DNA of 56,238 bases from Candidatus Gastranaerophilales bacterium. GTDB lineage: Bacteria > Cyanobacteriota > Vampirovibrionia > Gastranaerophilales > Gastranaerophilaceae. The stretch spans positions 1-56,238 of the forward strand of contig CANQJQ010000001.1 in NCBI GenBank assembly GCA_947624265.1, written 5' to 3'. Numbering within the stretch: the first letter of the stretch is position 1; each line of letters opens with the position of its first letter. The notes under the pieces were generated by a model. It made no database searches, was not told the origin of the DNA, and was given only the letters and a program-made list of their open reading frames with translations. This document shows, piece by piece, positions 10,435 through 20,465 of this stretch. The translations under genes and the position numbers were made by a program.

Positions 10435-11251
10435 ACTCCATTTTGTTACGGCAGGTCTGCCTTTAGCATCTGAAAATAAGGGTTATAAGGCAGGACTTGA
10501 AATTATTGATAATATGGATTTAGATGGACTTGAGGTGGAATTTGTCCACGGTGTCAGAATGACTGAAGCTAACCAAAATTTGGTTAAAGATTTTGCTCAA
10601 AATAAAACAGTTACCTGCCACGGTCCATATTATATTAACCTGAATTCTCAAGAACAGGAAAAAATAGAAGCAAGTATAACAAGAATAATTGAAACCGCCC
10701 AAATGGGTAAAAAAATCGGCGCTTACAGTATCACGTTCCACGCTGCTTTTTATATGGGTAAAAATCCCGAAGAAGTATATAAAACCGTATATTCTGCGAC
10801 GGAGAAAATATGCTCCGCCCTTGATAAAGAAAACAATAACATATGGGTAAGACCTGAAACAACAGGCAAAGGAACGCAATGGGGAACTTTGGAAGAAATC
10901 GTTAAACTCTCTAAAGAATTTAAACAAATTTTGCCTTGTATTGATTTTGCACATATTCATGCCCGTACAAACGGCGGTTTTAATACATATGACGATTTTT
11001 GCAATATGCTTGAATACTGTGCAAAAGAACTGGGAAACGAAGTTTTAAATAATATGCATATGCACCTTGCAGGTATTGAATACAGCCCGAAAGGAGAAAA
11101 AAATCACTTGATTTTGGAAGAAAGTGATATGAATTACAAAGACCTTTTAAAAGCATTTAAACAATTTGATGTTAAAGGCGTGCTCGTTTGTGAAAGTCCT
11201 AATATCGAAGATGATACCAAATTATTAAAAGATTATTATTTGAGTTTATAA
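10427..11251 (+). CDS. nfo: endonuclease IV-like AP endonuclease (xylose isomerase-like TIM barrel)
   Basis: HGPYYINL, FHAAFY, RPETTGKG, CIDFAHIHA and HMHLAG match the Endo IV metal-ligand pattern. GTG start overlaps the upstream stop. Confidence 0.7.
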   Translation: MNKLHFVTAGLPLASENKGYKAGLEIIDNMDLDGLEVEFVHGVRMTEANQNLVKDFAQNKTVTCHGPYYINLNSQEQEKIEASITRIIETAQMGKKIGAYSITFHAAFYMGKNPEEVYKTVYSATEKICSALDKENNNIWVRPETTGKGTQWGTLEEIVKLSKEFKQILPCIDFAHIHARTNGGFNTYDDFCNMLEYCAKELGNEVLNNMHMHLAGIEYSPKGEKNHLILEESDMNYKDLLKAFKQFDVKGVLVCESPNIEDDTKLLKDYYLSL

Positions 11252-11252
11252 C

Positions 11253-11282
11253 AAAAAGGCAGGCTATAAAGCCTGCCTTTTT
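11253..11282. terminator. bidirectional intrinsic terminator between convergent nfo-like and ppiC genes
   Basis: 12-bp perfect stem: aaaaaggcaggc (11253-11264), loop tataaa, gcctgccttttt (11271-11282). An A-run on one side and a T-run on the other. Confidence 0.8.
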
Positions 11283-11295
11283 GTAACATTTTTAT

Positions 11296-11682
11296 TTATT
11301 TTTTTGCAATATCGTAAATTAAATGCCAGCCGAATTGTGTTTTAACGGGTTCAGATACCTGTCCGTTAGGAAGTTCAAAAGCAACCTTTTCAAATTCAGG
11401 CACCATATCACCTCTTGAGAACCAGCCTAATACACCGCCAGCTTTACCTGAGGGACATTTAGAATATTTTTTAGCAGCTTCAGTGAAATTTTTAAATATC
11501 TGCGCTCTATCCGCACCTTCAGTAACTATTTCTTTTCTTATATTAATTGCTTCCTGCTCCGTAGGAACCAAAATATGAGCAGCTTCAACCTGCGTATAAT
11601 TAGCGGCTTGTACTTCCTGATTAAAAACAGCACCTATCAATAAAGCTGAAATCATAATAAATAAAGCAAATATTTTTTTCAT
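11296..11682 (-). CDS. exported parvulin-type peptidyl-prolyl isomerase
   Basis: Signal peptide MKKIFALFIMISALLIGAV, then AAHILV...CPSGKAGGVLGWFSRGDMVPEFE...FGWHLI (PpiC/rotamase domain). Confidence 0.85.
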   Translation of the reverse strand: MKKIFALFIMISALLIGAVFNQEVQAANYTQVEAAHILVPTEQEAINIRKEIVTEGADRAQIFKNFTEAAKKYSKCPSGKAGGVLGWFSRGDMVPEFEKVAFELPNGQVSEPVKTQFGWHLIYDIAKK

Positions 11683-11740
11683 AATAAAACTCCTCTTCTT
11701 TTAACAAGAAAATATAAACATAAAAATAAAATAATAACAA

Positions 11741-12244
11741 TTATTTATGCAGGTTAATAAACTGATTTTCTCTCGTAATGGCTACCATCCCCGAGCGGAC
11801 AATTTCTTTTATACCCAATGGTTTTAAAAGTGCAATCAATGCCATTACCTGCCTGTTGTCGCCCGAATATTCAAGAGTATATATATCAGGCGAAACATCA
11901 ATAATTTTAGCGCCAAAAATCTCGGATATTCTTAAAATTTCGCTTCTGGCATCATCTTTAGCCGTAACTTTACATAGTATTAACTCTCTATCAATACACT
12001 TATCCGCGGATTTTGGAAGTTCAACCACTTTTATTGTATTAATCAATCTGTTTAATTGTTTGCATATTTGTTCAATTACAACATCATCACCCGTTGTAAC
12101 TATTGTTATACGTGAAAAAACATTATCAATAGTAGAAGCAACGGTTAAACTTTCAATATTGAAACCTCTTGATGAGAATAAATCACACACACAAGACAGA
12201 ATCCCGGGTTCATTTTTAACAAGAACAGATATTGTATGTTTCAT
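11741..12244 (-). CDS. ilvH: acetolactate synthase small (regulatory) subunit
   Basis: ACT domain HTISVLVKNEPGILSCVCDLFSSRGFNIESLTV, located directly after ilvB. Confidence 0.9.
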   Translation of the reverse strand: MKHTISVLVKNEPGILSCVCDLFSSRGFNIESLTVASTIDNVFSRITIVTTGDDVVIEQICKQLNRLINTIKVVELPKSADKCIDRELILCKVTAKDDARSEILRISEIFGAKIIDVSPDIYTLEYSGDNRQVMALIALLKPLGIKEIVRSGMVAITRENQFINLHK

Positions 12245-12246
12245 AA

Positions 12247-13992
12247 CTAATCTCCCATCCTAAATTCAGGTGCATTATTGGAAAGTATAACTTCGTTTAA
12301 CGGTTTTCCGGCTAATACCCAAGGGTACACCATTTCAAAAGGTTCAACAACAAAATCCATAATAACGGGGCCGTCATAATTAATTGCTTTATCAAGCGCC
12401 TCATCAATTTGACTTTCTTCAGTAATTCTGATACCCAAAATTCCATACGCTTCTGCCAGTTTAACATAATCTGGCGAGGTTATATGTGTTTGAGAATAGT
12501 GTTTATCAAATAATTTTTCCTGCCATTGCCTTACCATGCCAAGGTAGCCGTTATTTATAACCGCAATTTTAACTGGGATTTTATAATCTACGCAAGTCAT
12601 AAGCTCTTGAATATTCATTTGAATACTGCCATCCCCTGCAATATTAAATACAAGCCTGTCTGGAGCTGCTATTTGAGCGCCCATTGCAGCAGGAAAACCA
12701 AATCCCATAGTTCCCAACCCGCCTGATGTAATCAACTGACGCGGTTTAGTAAATTTATACAATTGTGCAGTCCACATTTGATGCTGACCAACTTCGGTCG
12801 CAATTATAGCATCTTTATCTTTTGTTTTTTGATAAATATGTTCAATTACCGTTTGAGGGCTCATTTTACCATTTTCAATGGCTCTTAGTGCTCTTTTTTC
12901 TTTCCAAGCAAGTATTTCTTGTATCCAAACCCTGCGCATAGCTTCATTGTATGAATATTTTTCGGTTGAATACTCTTTAAGCATCAAATTTATTACATTC
13001 TTGGCATCACCAACAACAGGTATATCCACATGCACATTTTTACTAATTGAACAAGGGTCTATATCTACGTGAATTACTTTTGCATTTTTACAAAAACTCT
13101 TTAAATACCCTGTAATTCTGTCATTAAATCTTGTACCAACCGCAAATAAAACATCACAGTTGCTTACTGCAAGGTTTGCCCAATAGTTGCCATGCATACC
13201 CAGCATGCCTAGTGATAATTCATCGTCTTGAGGATATGTGCCAATTCCCATAAGAGTTGTGGCAATAGGAATATTCAATTTTCTTGCAAGCTCAGTAATT
13301 TCAGCACTTGCCTCAGAATGTATTACGCCTCCGCCCGAAATAATTACGGGTCTTTGAGCTTCGCATAATAATTTTAATGCACGTCTGCATTGTATAGGAT
13401 GCCCTTCATAGGTGGGATTATACCCCGGAAGGCTTATTTTATCGGGATACTCAAAATCCATTTTAGCCGTTAACACATCCTTCGGCAAAGAAACAACGAC
13501 CGGCCCGGGTTTTCCTGTTTTGGCAATATGAAAAGATTCTTTTATAACTCTTGGTAAATCGCCGATATTTTTAACCAAATAATTATGTTTACAGCATGTA
13601 CGTGTAATACCTACTATATCCGCTTCCTGAAAGGCATCATTTCCTATAAGTTTAGAATCAACCTGACCTGTAAATACTACCAGCGGATAACTGTCATAAT
13701 AAGCATTAGCAATACCTGTTACGGTATTACAAGCCCCAGGCCCAGATGTAACAAGAACAACACCGGGTTTTCCCGTAACTCTTGCATAACCTTCAGCCGC
13801 ATGAACAGCAGCTTGTTCGTGTCTTACAAGATAGTGTTTTATGTAATCACAACTGTATAATTCATCATAAATGTGCAGAATAACACCGCCCGGATATCCG
13901 AAAATCGTATCAACACCCTCTTGTTTAAGGCATTCAAGGAACATCCTTGCACCGTTCATTTTTTCTGCCTTGGCTATTTGTTCGGTAGTCAT
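12247..13992 (-). CDS. ilvB: acetolactate synthase large subunit
   Basis: ThDP enzyme motifs GYPGG, GPGACN and GDGSIQMNIQEL. I prefer the ATG at 13992, preceded by aagggg, over the GTG at 14001. Confidence 0.93.
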   Translation of the reverse strand: MTTEQIAKAEKMNGARMFLECLKQEGVDTIFGYPGGVILHIYDELYSCDYIKHYLVRHEQAAVHAAEGYARVTGKPGVVLVTSGPGACNTVTGIANAYYDSYPLVVFTGQVDSKLIGNDAFQEADIVGITRTCCKHNYLVKNIGDLPRVIKESFHIAKTGKPGPVVVSLPKDVLTAKMDFEYPDKISLPGYNPTYEGHPIQCRRALKLLCEAQRPVIISGGGVIHSEASAEITELARKLNIPIATTLMGIGTYPQDDELSLGMLGMHGNYWANLAVSNCDVLFAVGTRFNDRITGYLKSFCKNAKVIHVDIDPCSISKNVHVDIPVVGDAKNVINLMLKEYSTEKYSYNEAMRRVWIQEILAWKEKRALRAIENGKMSPQTVIEHIYQKTKDKDAIIATEVGQHQMWTAQLYKFTKPRQLITSGGLGTMGFGFPAAMGAQIAAPDRLVFNIAGDGSIQMNIQELMTCVDYKIPVKIAVINNGYLGMVRQWQEKLFDKHYSQTHITSPDYVKLAEAYGILGIRITEESQIDEALDKAINYDGPVIMDFVVEPFEMVYPWVLAGKPLNEVILSNNAPEFRMGD

Positions 13993-14052
13993 ACACTGCA
14001 CCCCTTTTAAAATAATTTATTGCTTAGTAAAATTCTAACACAAATTAAATTA

Positions 14053-14081
14053 TTGACTATGCATTTTTTAAGTTTTACACT
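14053..14081 (+). promoter_or_regulatory. candidate sigma-70-type promoter for ilvC
   Basis: TTGACT (14053-14058), 17-nt spacer, TACACT (14076-14081). RBS aaagagg lies upstream of the ATG at 14117. Confidence 0.4.
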
Positions 14082-14089
14082 AAAAATAA

Positions 14090-15115
<1,026 letters not shown>

Positions 15116-15131
15116 ATTTTTTATTTCGATT

Positions 15132-15170
15132 AAAGAACAGGGCAGTATTTAAACTGCCCTGTTCTTTTTT
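15132..15170 (+). terminator. intrinsic terminator of ilvC
   Basis: 14-bp perfect stem: aaagaacagggcag (15132-15145), loop tatttaaa, ctgccctgttcttt (15154-15167), followed by further T residues. Confidence 0.85.
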
Positions 15171-15180
15171 ATATTATTTT

Positions 15181-15364
15181 AATAATGTGCAAATAATATT
15201 AAAATTAAAGTCCCTTGCGTAGTATAGTTTAACTTCTTTGCGAAGAAACAGCAAAGTCCCGTCTGTTTGAGCCGATAAAATCGGCAAGTTACGGGACTTA
15301 AACTGAGCTTAGAAGTTATCTATACGAAGCATCAGGACGCAATTTTAATATTATTTGCACTATT
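15181..15364. repeat. rod-like imperfect palindrome with 20-bp perfect terminal inverted repeats (candidate structured RNA or MITE/ERIC-like element)
   Basis: gtgcaaataatattaaaatt (15187-15206) is the exact reverse complement of 15341-15360. Inner pairings continue colinearly: gcgt/acgc (15217-20 / 15337-40), gtatag/ctatac (15222-27 / 15320-25), taacttct/agaagtta (15230-37 / 15311-18), aagtcccgt/acgggactt (15254-62 / 15291-99), and the apical hairpin gccga-taaaa-tcggc (15271-85). Confidence 0.9.
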
Positions 15365-15399
15365 TTATAAAATTAAAAAACTTCAACTGATTTAAATAA

Positions 15400-15427
15400 T
15401 TTACTCCCTGAAATTTTTTGATATAAT
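15400..15427 (+). promoter_or_regulatory. candidate extended -10 sigma-70 promoter for the CooC-like/folD operon
   Basis: TTTACT (15400-05), 16-nt spacer ending in TGa, TATAAT (15422-27). RBS ggag at 15445-48 and ATG at 15455. Confidence 0.45.
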
Positions 15428-15454
15428 AAAAAAAAGGGATTATTGGAGATTTAA

Positions 15455-16210
15455 ATGACGGTATCAATCGCAGTTACAGGCAAAAGCGGAAGCGGTAAAA
15501 CCACTATAACAAAAGCACTATGGCATGTAATAAGAAAAAAACATCCCGAAAAAACAGTTTTATTATTTGATAATGATTTAACAACCGAATTAGGGCACAG
15601 TTTTGGTAAGGATATCAGGCAGACCATATACGGTATAAGAAGCGGGAAACACGAATATAAAACAGGAATCCCCGAGAACATGACAAAACAAGAATATATA
15701 GATTGGGCGCTTGAAGATATCGTTGAACCTTTAGATGACTATACTGATATTATAGTATCATGGCTTATAGGCTCAAAGGACTGCAGATGCCCTATCACAA
15801 AACAAATTAATGATGCTCTTGTTAAATTTATATCAAGATATGATTATGTAATATTTGACTGTGAATTTGACCTTAAATACTTATACCAGCTTGTAGATAT
15901 ACCTATTGACGTAACTCTTGTAATCGCAAGACCAAATGAAGCTTCCATTCATTTGGCAAAAAGGATTGAAGAATATAGCGCTAAATATGCTGCAGGGGAA
16001 CAATTAGGTGTTATTTTAAATAAAGTTAATAAGCAGGAAATGGAACCGTTGTTAGAGTTGTTAAATAAATATGATTTGACAACATTGGGGACAATTCCGA
16101 AAGATGACTCTCTAAAACAAAACAGAGTTTCAAAAGAATCACAAATTGTTCAGGATGCACTTGAACAATTATATTACAGACTCAATATACCGCAAAATGA
16201 GGAAGTATAA
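15455..16210 (+). CDS. MinD/ParA-superfamily P-loop NTPase, CooC-like (metal-centre maturation type)
   Basis: Deviant Walker A VTGKSGSGKTT at the extreme N-terminus, a CxC motif (DCRCP) as in CooC-type Ni-insertion ATPases, and Walker B-like VIFDC. The stop overlaps the folD ATG (TAATG at 16208-16212). Confidence 0.6.
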   Translation: MTVSIAVTGKSGSGKTTITKALWHVIRKKHPEKTVLLFDNDLTTELGHSFGKDIRQTIYGIRSGKHEYKTGIPENMTKQEYIDWALEDIVEPLDDYTDIIVSWLIGSKDCRCPITKQINDALVKFISRYDYVIFDCEFDLKYLYQLVDIPIDVTLVIARPNEASIHLAKRIEEYSAKYAAGEQLGVILNKVNKQEMEPLLELLNKYDLTTLGTIPKDDSLKQNRVSKESQIVQDALEQLYYRLNIPQNEEV

Positions 16211-17058
16211 TGGCTATAATATTAGATGGACAAGCACTTGCGGATAAAATAATTGATGAACTTAAAATGGCAGCTCAAAAGCTTGTTAAAAAACCTAAAC
16301 TTGCCGTTATTATTGTCGGTGAAAATCCTGCAAGCCTGATTTACGTTAAAAATAAACAAAAAAAAGCTGAATATACAGGATTTGACTCTCTTGTTATCCC
16401 TTTAGAATCTGACGTTACGGAAGAAACAATTTTGGAACACATTTATGTTCTCAATGAAGATATAGATATTAACGCAATACTTGTACAGCTGCCTTTACCT
16501 GACGGAATTAACAAAAAACGCATTATTGAAGCAATCGACCCCATTAAAGATGTTGACGGATTTACCTCCTACAATTTCGGCAGACTTGCTTTAGGATATA
16601 ATCCTTACGTTTATCCCTGCACACCAAAAGGGATAATAAGACTTTTGAAAGAATATAATATTACTCTTGAGGGGAAAAATATACTTGTAATAGGCCGCTC
16701 TAATATTGTCGGTAAGCCTGTTTCATTAATGCTGCAGCAGGAAAATGCAACAGTAATTATGGCAAACAGTTATACTACAAATTTAAAACAATTAGCTTTA
16801 AATTCTGATATTATCATTAGTGCCGCAGGAAAATCCAATCTTATTGATGCTTCTTTTATTAAAGCTGGTACTGTTGTTGTTGACGTAGGTATTAACAAAA
16901 TTAATGATAAAATTCAAGGTGATGTTAATTTTGACGAAGTAAAAAACAAAGCTTCATATATTACTCCCGTTCCTAAAGGAATAGGGCCTATGACTATTGC
17001 TATGCTGATGCAAAATACTTATGAATTATATAAACTTCAGCAAAATCTTATTCTGTAA
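16210..17058 (+). CDS. folD: bifunctional methylenetetrahydrofolate dehydrogenase/cyclohydrolase
   Basis: VIIVGENPASLIYVKNK, PCTPKGI, GRSNIVGKP and TPVPKGIGPMT. Confidence 0.93.
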   Translation: MAIILDGQALADKIIDELKMAAQKLVKKPKLAVIIVGENPASLIYVKNKQKKAEYTGFDSLVIPLESDVTEETILEHIYVLNEDIDINAILVQLPLPDGINKKRIIEAIDPIKDVDGFTSYNFGRLALGYNPYVYPCTPKGIIRLLKEYNITLEGKNILVIGRSNIVGKPVSLMLQQENATVIMANSYTTNLKQLALNSDIIISAAGKSNLIDASFIKAGTVVVDVGINKINDKIQGDVNFDEVKNKASYITPVPKGIGPMTIAMLMQNTYELYKLQQNLIL

Positions 17059-17169
17059 TGTTAAGAAATTTTATTATTTTTTTTTATACATGTTTAGAAA
17101 TTAATCTATTTAGGCATATAAATAAATAGTTATGTGAGTGTGTCTCTTTGTGTAAAAGTCAGGAAAGTT

Positions 17170-17442
17170 ATGATTCTAGAATACAAAGTTAATGAGTTAC
17201 AGGTACAGGCAGCTTGGCTAAAGACATTATACGATTTAGTCGAAGAGCTTAATTGTAAATGCCAAACCTTTATTGACGAATCATATAACAGAAGCAATAA
17301 AAATTTTGACCGCATGAGGACAATAAAGATTTACGGCTCTGATACGATGTTAGGGTGGTTTAAACTCCGTATGGAGAGATATTCACACTTTATTTTTAAC
17401 TTTAATGAACAACCCGATATTAAGAGCGGTTTTGTAGAGTAG
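17170..17442 (+). CDS. hypothetical protein (90 aa)
   Basis: ORF with a good RBS (aggaaagtt ATG at 17170); the GTG at 17134 is less likely. I recognise no family. Confidence 0.4.
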   Translation: MILEYKVNELQVQAAWLKTLYDLVEELNCKCQTFIDESYNRSNKNFDRMRTIKIYGSDTMLGWFKLRMERYSHFIFNFNEQPDIKSGFVE

Positions 17443-17464
17443 TTGTATAGTTTAACCATTCAAA

Positions 17465-17493
17465 GGAGCACCGAATACGGTGCTTTATTTTTA
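17465..17493 (+). terminator. intrinsic terminator after the 90-aa ORF
   Basis: agcaccg (17467-73), loop aata, cggtgct (17478-84), then ttatttttatt. Confidence 0.7.
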
Positions 17494-17733
17494 TTCTTCA
17501 ACAGCTTCAAATGCTATTATATGGTCATCACAAATACATAAACTTTCCCGATGATCAACATCATTACATCCGTCGGTAAAAACTACATCTACATTTTCAA
17601 GACATACTATATCTTCGTCATCATAATTTTCAACAAGACAGCCTGTTGCACAAAATTTCATCGTGCATAATCTTACTTTTTTTGTACATTTTTTTCTTAA
17701 TACATTAATTAAAGATTTTTTCTTATTTCGCAT
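17491..17733 (-). CDS. small Cys-rich hypothetical protein with basic N-terminus and acidic C-terminus
   Basis: MRNKKKSLINVLRKKCTKKVRLCTMKFCATGC...DGCNDVDHRESLCICDDH has 8 Cys in 80 aa. I prefer the ATG at 17733, preceded by AAGGAAttttttATG. The longer track ORF would run through a 26-nt palindrome. Confidence 0.45.
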   Translation of the reverse strand: MRNKKKSLINVLRKKCTKKVRLCTMKFCATGCLVENYDDEDIVCLENVDVVFTDGCNDVDHRESLCICDDHIIAFEAVEE

Positions 17734-17793
17734 AAAAAATTCCTTTTTTAGGTTATATAACCTAAAAAATTTCACATATAATCAGTAAACAGA

Positions 17794-18666
17794 CTAATCT
17801 TTAAGATTTAAAATATATTGGTAATATGGATTGTTAGGATATTTTGAAGCGGCTTCAATTAGTTTTTCTTTGGAAATATAACCCATACGATAAGCAACTT
17901 CTTCAAGACAGGCAATTTTTAAGCCTTGATTATCTTCTATTGTTTTAATAAATTGAGATGCCTGCAATAAAGACTCATGAGTACCCGTGTCAAGCCAAGC
18001 AAATCCTCTGCCCAATACCTCAACTGTTACGGTATTTTTTTCAAGATAAGTGTTATTCAAATCGGTAATTTCAAGTTCACCACGTTTTGATGGTTTTTGA
18101 TTTTTTACATATTCAAACACATTATTATCATAAAAATATAAGCCCGTTACGGCATACTTGGATTTTGGCTTTTTAGGCTTTTCTTCAACAGATATGACAT
18201 TATTATCTTCATCAAATTCAACCACTCCAAAACGCTGAGGGTCTTTTACTGCATATGCAAATAATGTGGCTCCGCCAAGAGCCTCGGTTCTTTCAACTGC
18301 ATTGTGAAGCATTTGAGAAAAAGAGGGGCCGTAAAAAATATTATCACCCAATATTAATGCACAACTGTCATCCCCTATAAATTCTCTGCCGATTATAAAA
18401 GCTTGTGCCAAACCATCAGGGCTTGGCTGTTCTTTATATTCAAACTTTACGCCGAATTGACTTCCGTCGCCTAATAACAACTTAAAAGAAGGTAAATCCT
18501 TAGGAGTGGAAATTATTAATATTTCTCTGATTCCGGCAAGCATTAATACGGAAATAGGATGATATATCATAGGTTTATCATAAACAGGCAAAAGCTGTTT
18601 GGATGTTGCTATTGTAGAGGGATAAAGTCTTGTCCCTGCACCTCCGGCTAATACTATTCCTTTCAT
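17794..18666 (-). CDS. rfbA: glucose-1-phosphate thymidylyltransferase
   Basis: [18 protein letters not shown]...; full-length RmlA. Confidence 0.95.
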   Translation of the reverse strand: MKGIVLAGGAGTRLYPSTIATSKQLLPVYDKPMIYHPISVLMLAGIREILIISTPKDLPSFKLLLGDGSQFGVKFEYKEQPSPDGLAQAFIIGREFIGDDSCALILGDNIFYGPSFSQMLHNAVERTEALGGATLFAYAVKDPQRFGVVEFDEDNNVISVEEKPKKPKSKYAVTGLYFYDNNVFEYVKNQKPSKRGELEITDLNNTYLEKNTVTVEVLGRGFAWLDTGTHESLLQASQFIKTIEDNQGLKIACLEEVAYRMGYISKEKLIEAASKYPNNPYYQYILNLKD

Positions 18667-19481
18667 TCACACCTCAATTCCATATATTCTTTAAGTGCGG
18701 TTTCCCAATTTCTGCATATTTTATTATTTTCCATTACACTATACGCCGGTCTTTTTGCAGGACGGGGAAATTCCTGCGTAGTACAAGGATTTAAATTTAC
18801 CTTATATCCCCCGAGTTCAAAAACTTTTTTAGCAAAACCATACCAGCTTGTTTTACCGCTTCCGCAAACGTGATAAATGCCATAAGGCAAGTTTTCCGTA
18901 ATTATTTTTATAATTCCGTTTGCAAGTTCTACTGTCCAAGTAGGGCATCCGACCTGATCATCAACAACTTTTAAATCTTTGTCTTTTAAACTAATCATTG
19001 TTTCAACAAAGTTTTTACCATGATGACCATATAACCAGCTTGTACGTGTTATATAGTATTTTTCACAATTTTGAACCGCTTTTTCTCCGTCCAGTTTTGT
19101 TTGTCCGTAAACACTTTGGGGGTTAGGCTCATCAGTGGGCAGATATTTTTCTTTTTTTGTTCCGTCAAAAACATAGTCTGTTGATATATAGACAAGGGTT
19201 ATATTCAGTTGTTTACAAGTATCGGATATATTTTTTGTACCTGTTACATTGATTTTATAAGCGGTTTCTTTATCTTCTTCAGCTTTATCTACATTTGTAT
19301 ATGCTGCGCAATGAATTACGTAATCGGGCTTTTCGGATTTTAATACCGTTTCAACACATTTTAAATCAGTAATGTCCAAATTATGAATATCTGTTTCAAC
19401 AACGTCAAAACCTTCATCTTCAAGCATAGGACATAAATCCTGCCCGAGCATTCCGTTTGCACCGGTAACAAGCACCTTCAT
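18663..19481 (-). CDS. rfbD: dTDP-4-dehydrorhamnose reductase
   Basis: [13 protein letters not shown]...; RmlD substrate-binding fold, in an operon with rmlABC. Confidence 0.9.
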   Translation of the reverse strand: MKVLVTGANGMLGQDLCPMLEDEGFDVVETDIHNLDITDLKCVETVLKSEKPDYVIHCAAYTNVDKAEEDKETAYKINVTGTKNISDTCKQLNITLVYISTDYVFDGTKKEKYLPTDEPNPQSVYGQTKLDGEKAVQNCEKYYITRTSWLYGHHGKNFVETMISLKDKDLKVVDDQVGCPTWTVELANGIIKIITENLPYGIYHVCGSGKTSWYGFAKKVFELGGYKVNLNPCTTQEFPRPAKRPAYSVMENNKICRNWETALKEYMELRCE

Positions 19482-20465
19482 TTATAAAACTCCCAATTTT
19501 TTATTTTCAATATTTTTTATCCAAGCCTGATTATTTAAATACCACTCAATTGTAAGTTTAATACCTTGTTCAAATGTTAAAGAAGGACTCCAGCCAAGTT
19601 CCGACTGTATTTTATCATTACTTATTGCATAGCGCCTATCGTGTCCGAGCCTGTCTTGAACATATTCTATAGAGTTTTCATCTTTACCCATGGCATCTAA
19701 TATAAGCTTAGTTATCTCAAGATTTGTTTTTTCGTTATGTCCGCCGATATTATAGACTTCTCCGACTCTTCCGTTATGAAGGACTGTATCTATAGCCCTG
19801 CAATGGTCATAGACATAAAGCCAATCTCGAACATTTAACCCGTCGCCATAAACGGGAACTTTTTCTCCTTTTAAAAGTTTTGATATAAAAAACGGTATTA
19901 ATTTTTCGGGATACTGATACGGTCCGTAGTTATTTGAACATCTTGTAGTTAAAACAGGCATTTTATAAGTTTCATAATAAGCTCTAACCAACATATCCGC
20001 GCTTGCCTTAGAAGCCGAATACGGACTATTGGGAGCTAAAGGTGTCGTTTCATAAAAATACCCTGTTTTACCCAGCGTTCCGTATACTTCATCTGTTGAA
20101 ACCTGTAAATATCTTTGAACTCCTATTTCTTTTGAAGCTTGAAGTAAATTTAAAGTACCTTGTACATTGGTTTCTATAAATATTTCCGGTCCTGTTATAG
20201 ATCTGTCTACGTGGCTTTCTGCTGCAAAATTAACCACACAATCAACCTCGGAGGATATTAATTCCCTGACAAGTTTTTTATCGCAAATATTACCATGCAC
20301 AAAGGTATAGTTAGGATTATTTTTAACATCGTCCAAATTTTCGATGTTCCCTGCGTATGTCAAAGCATCAAGATTTATAACCTTATAATCATTATATTTA
20401 TTTAGAATATGACGAACAAAACAGCTTCCTATAAAACCTGCTCCGCCCGTAACAAGTATTTTCAT
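19482..20465 (-). CDS. rfbB: dTDP-glucose 4,6-dehydratase
   Basis: ILVTGGAGFIGS and YSASKASAD (the SDR YxxxK motif). Confidence 0.95.
   Translation of the reverse strand: MKILVTGGAGFIGSCFVRHILNKYNDYKVINLDALTYAGNIENLDDVKNNPNYTFVHGNICDKKLVRELISSEVDCVVNFAAESHVDRSITGPEIFIETNVQGTLNLLQASKEIGVQRYLQVSTDEVYGTLGKTGYFYETTPLAPNSPYSASKASADMLVRAYYETYKMPVLTTRCSNNYGPYQYPEKLIPFFISKLLKGEKVPVYGDGLNVRDWLYVYDHCRAIDTVLHNGRVGEVYNIGGHNEKTNLEITKLILDAMGKDENSIEYVQDRLGHDRRYAISNDKIQSELGWSPSLTFEQGIKLTIEWYLNNQAWIKNIENKKLGVL

Noticed and set aside
11778-12263. A 161-aa plus-strand ORF in the track.
   Set aside because: It is fully antisense to the well-supported ilvH gene and has low-complexity Ser/Ile/Leu-rich composition, typical of shadow ORFs in AT-rich DNA.
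15252-15278. An exact sigma-28 -10 octamer GCCGATAA (15271-15278), with CAAAGTCC 11 nt upstream, inside the apical part of the rod-like palindrome.
   Set aside because: The -35 lacks the conserved first T of TAAA. The GCCGA is half of the apical hairpin (gccga/tcggc), so its presence is explained by the palindrome. A single 8-mer match could be chance in a window this size. It is worth including in a genome-wide PWM scan, but I do not call it a promoter.
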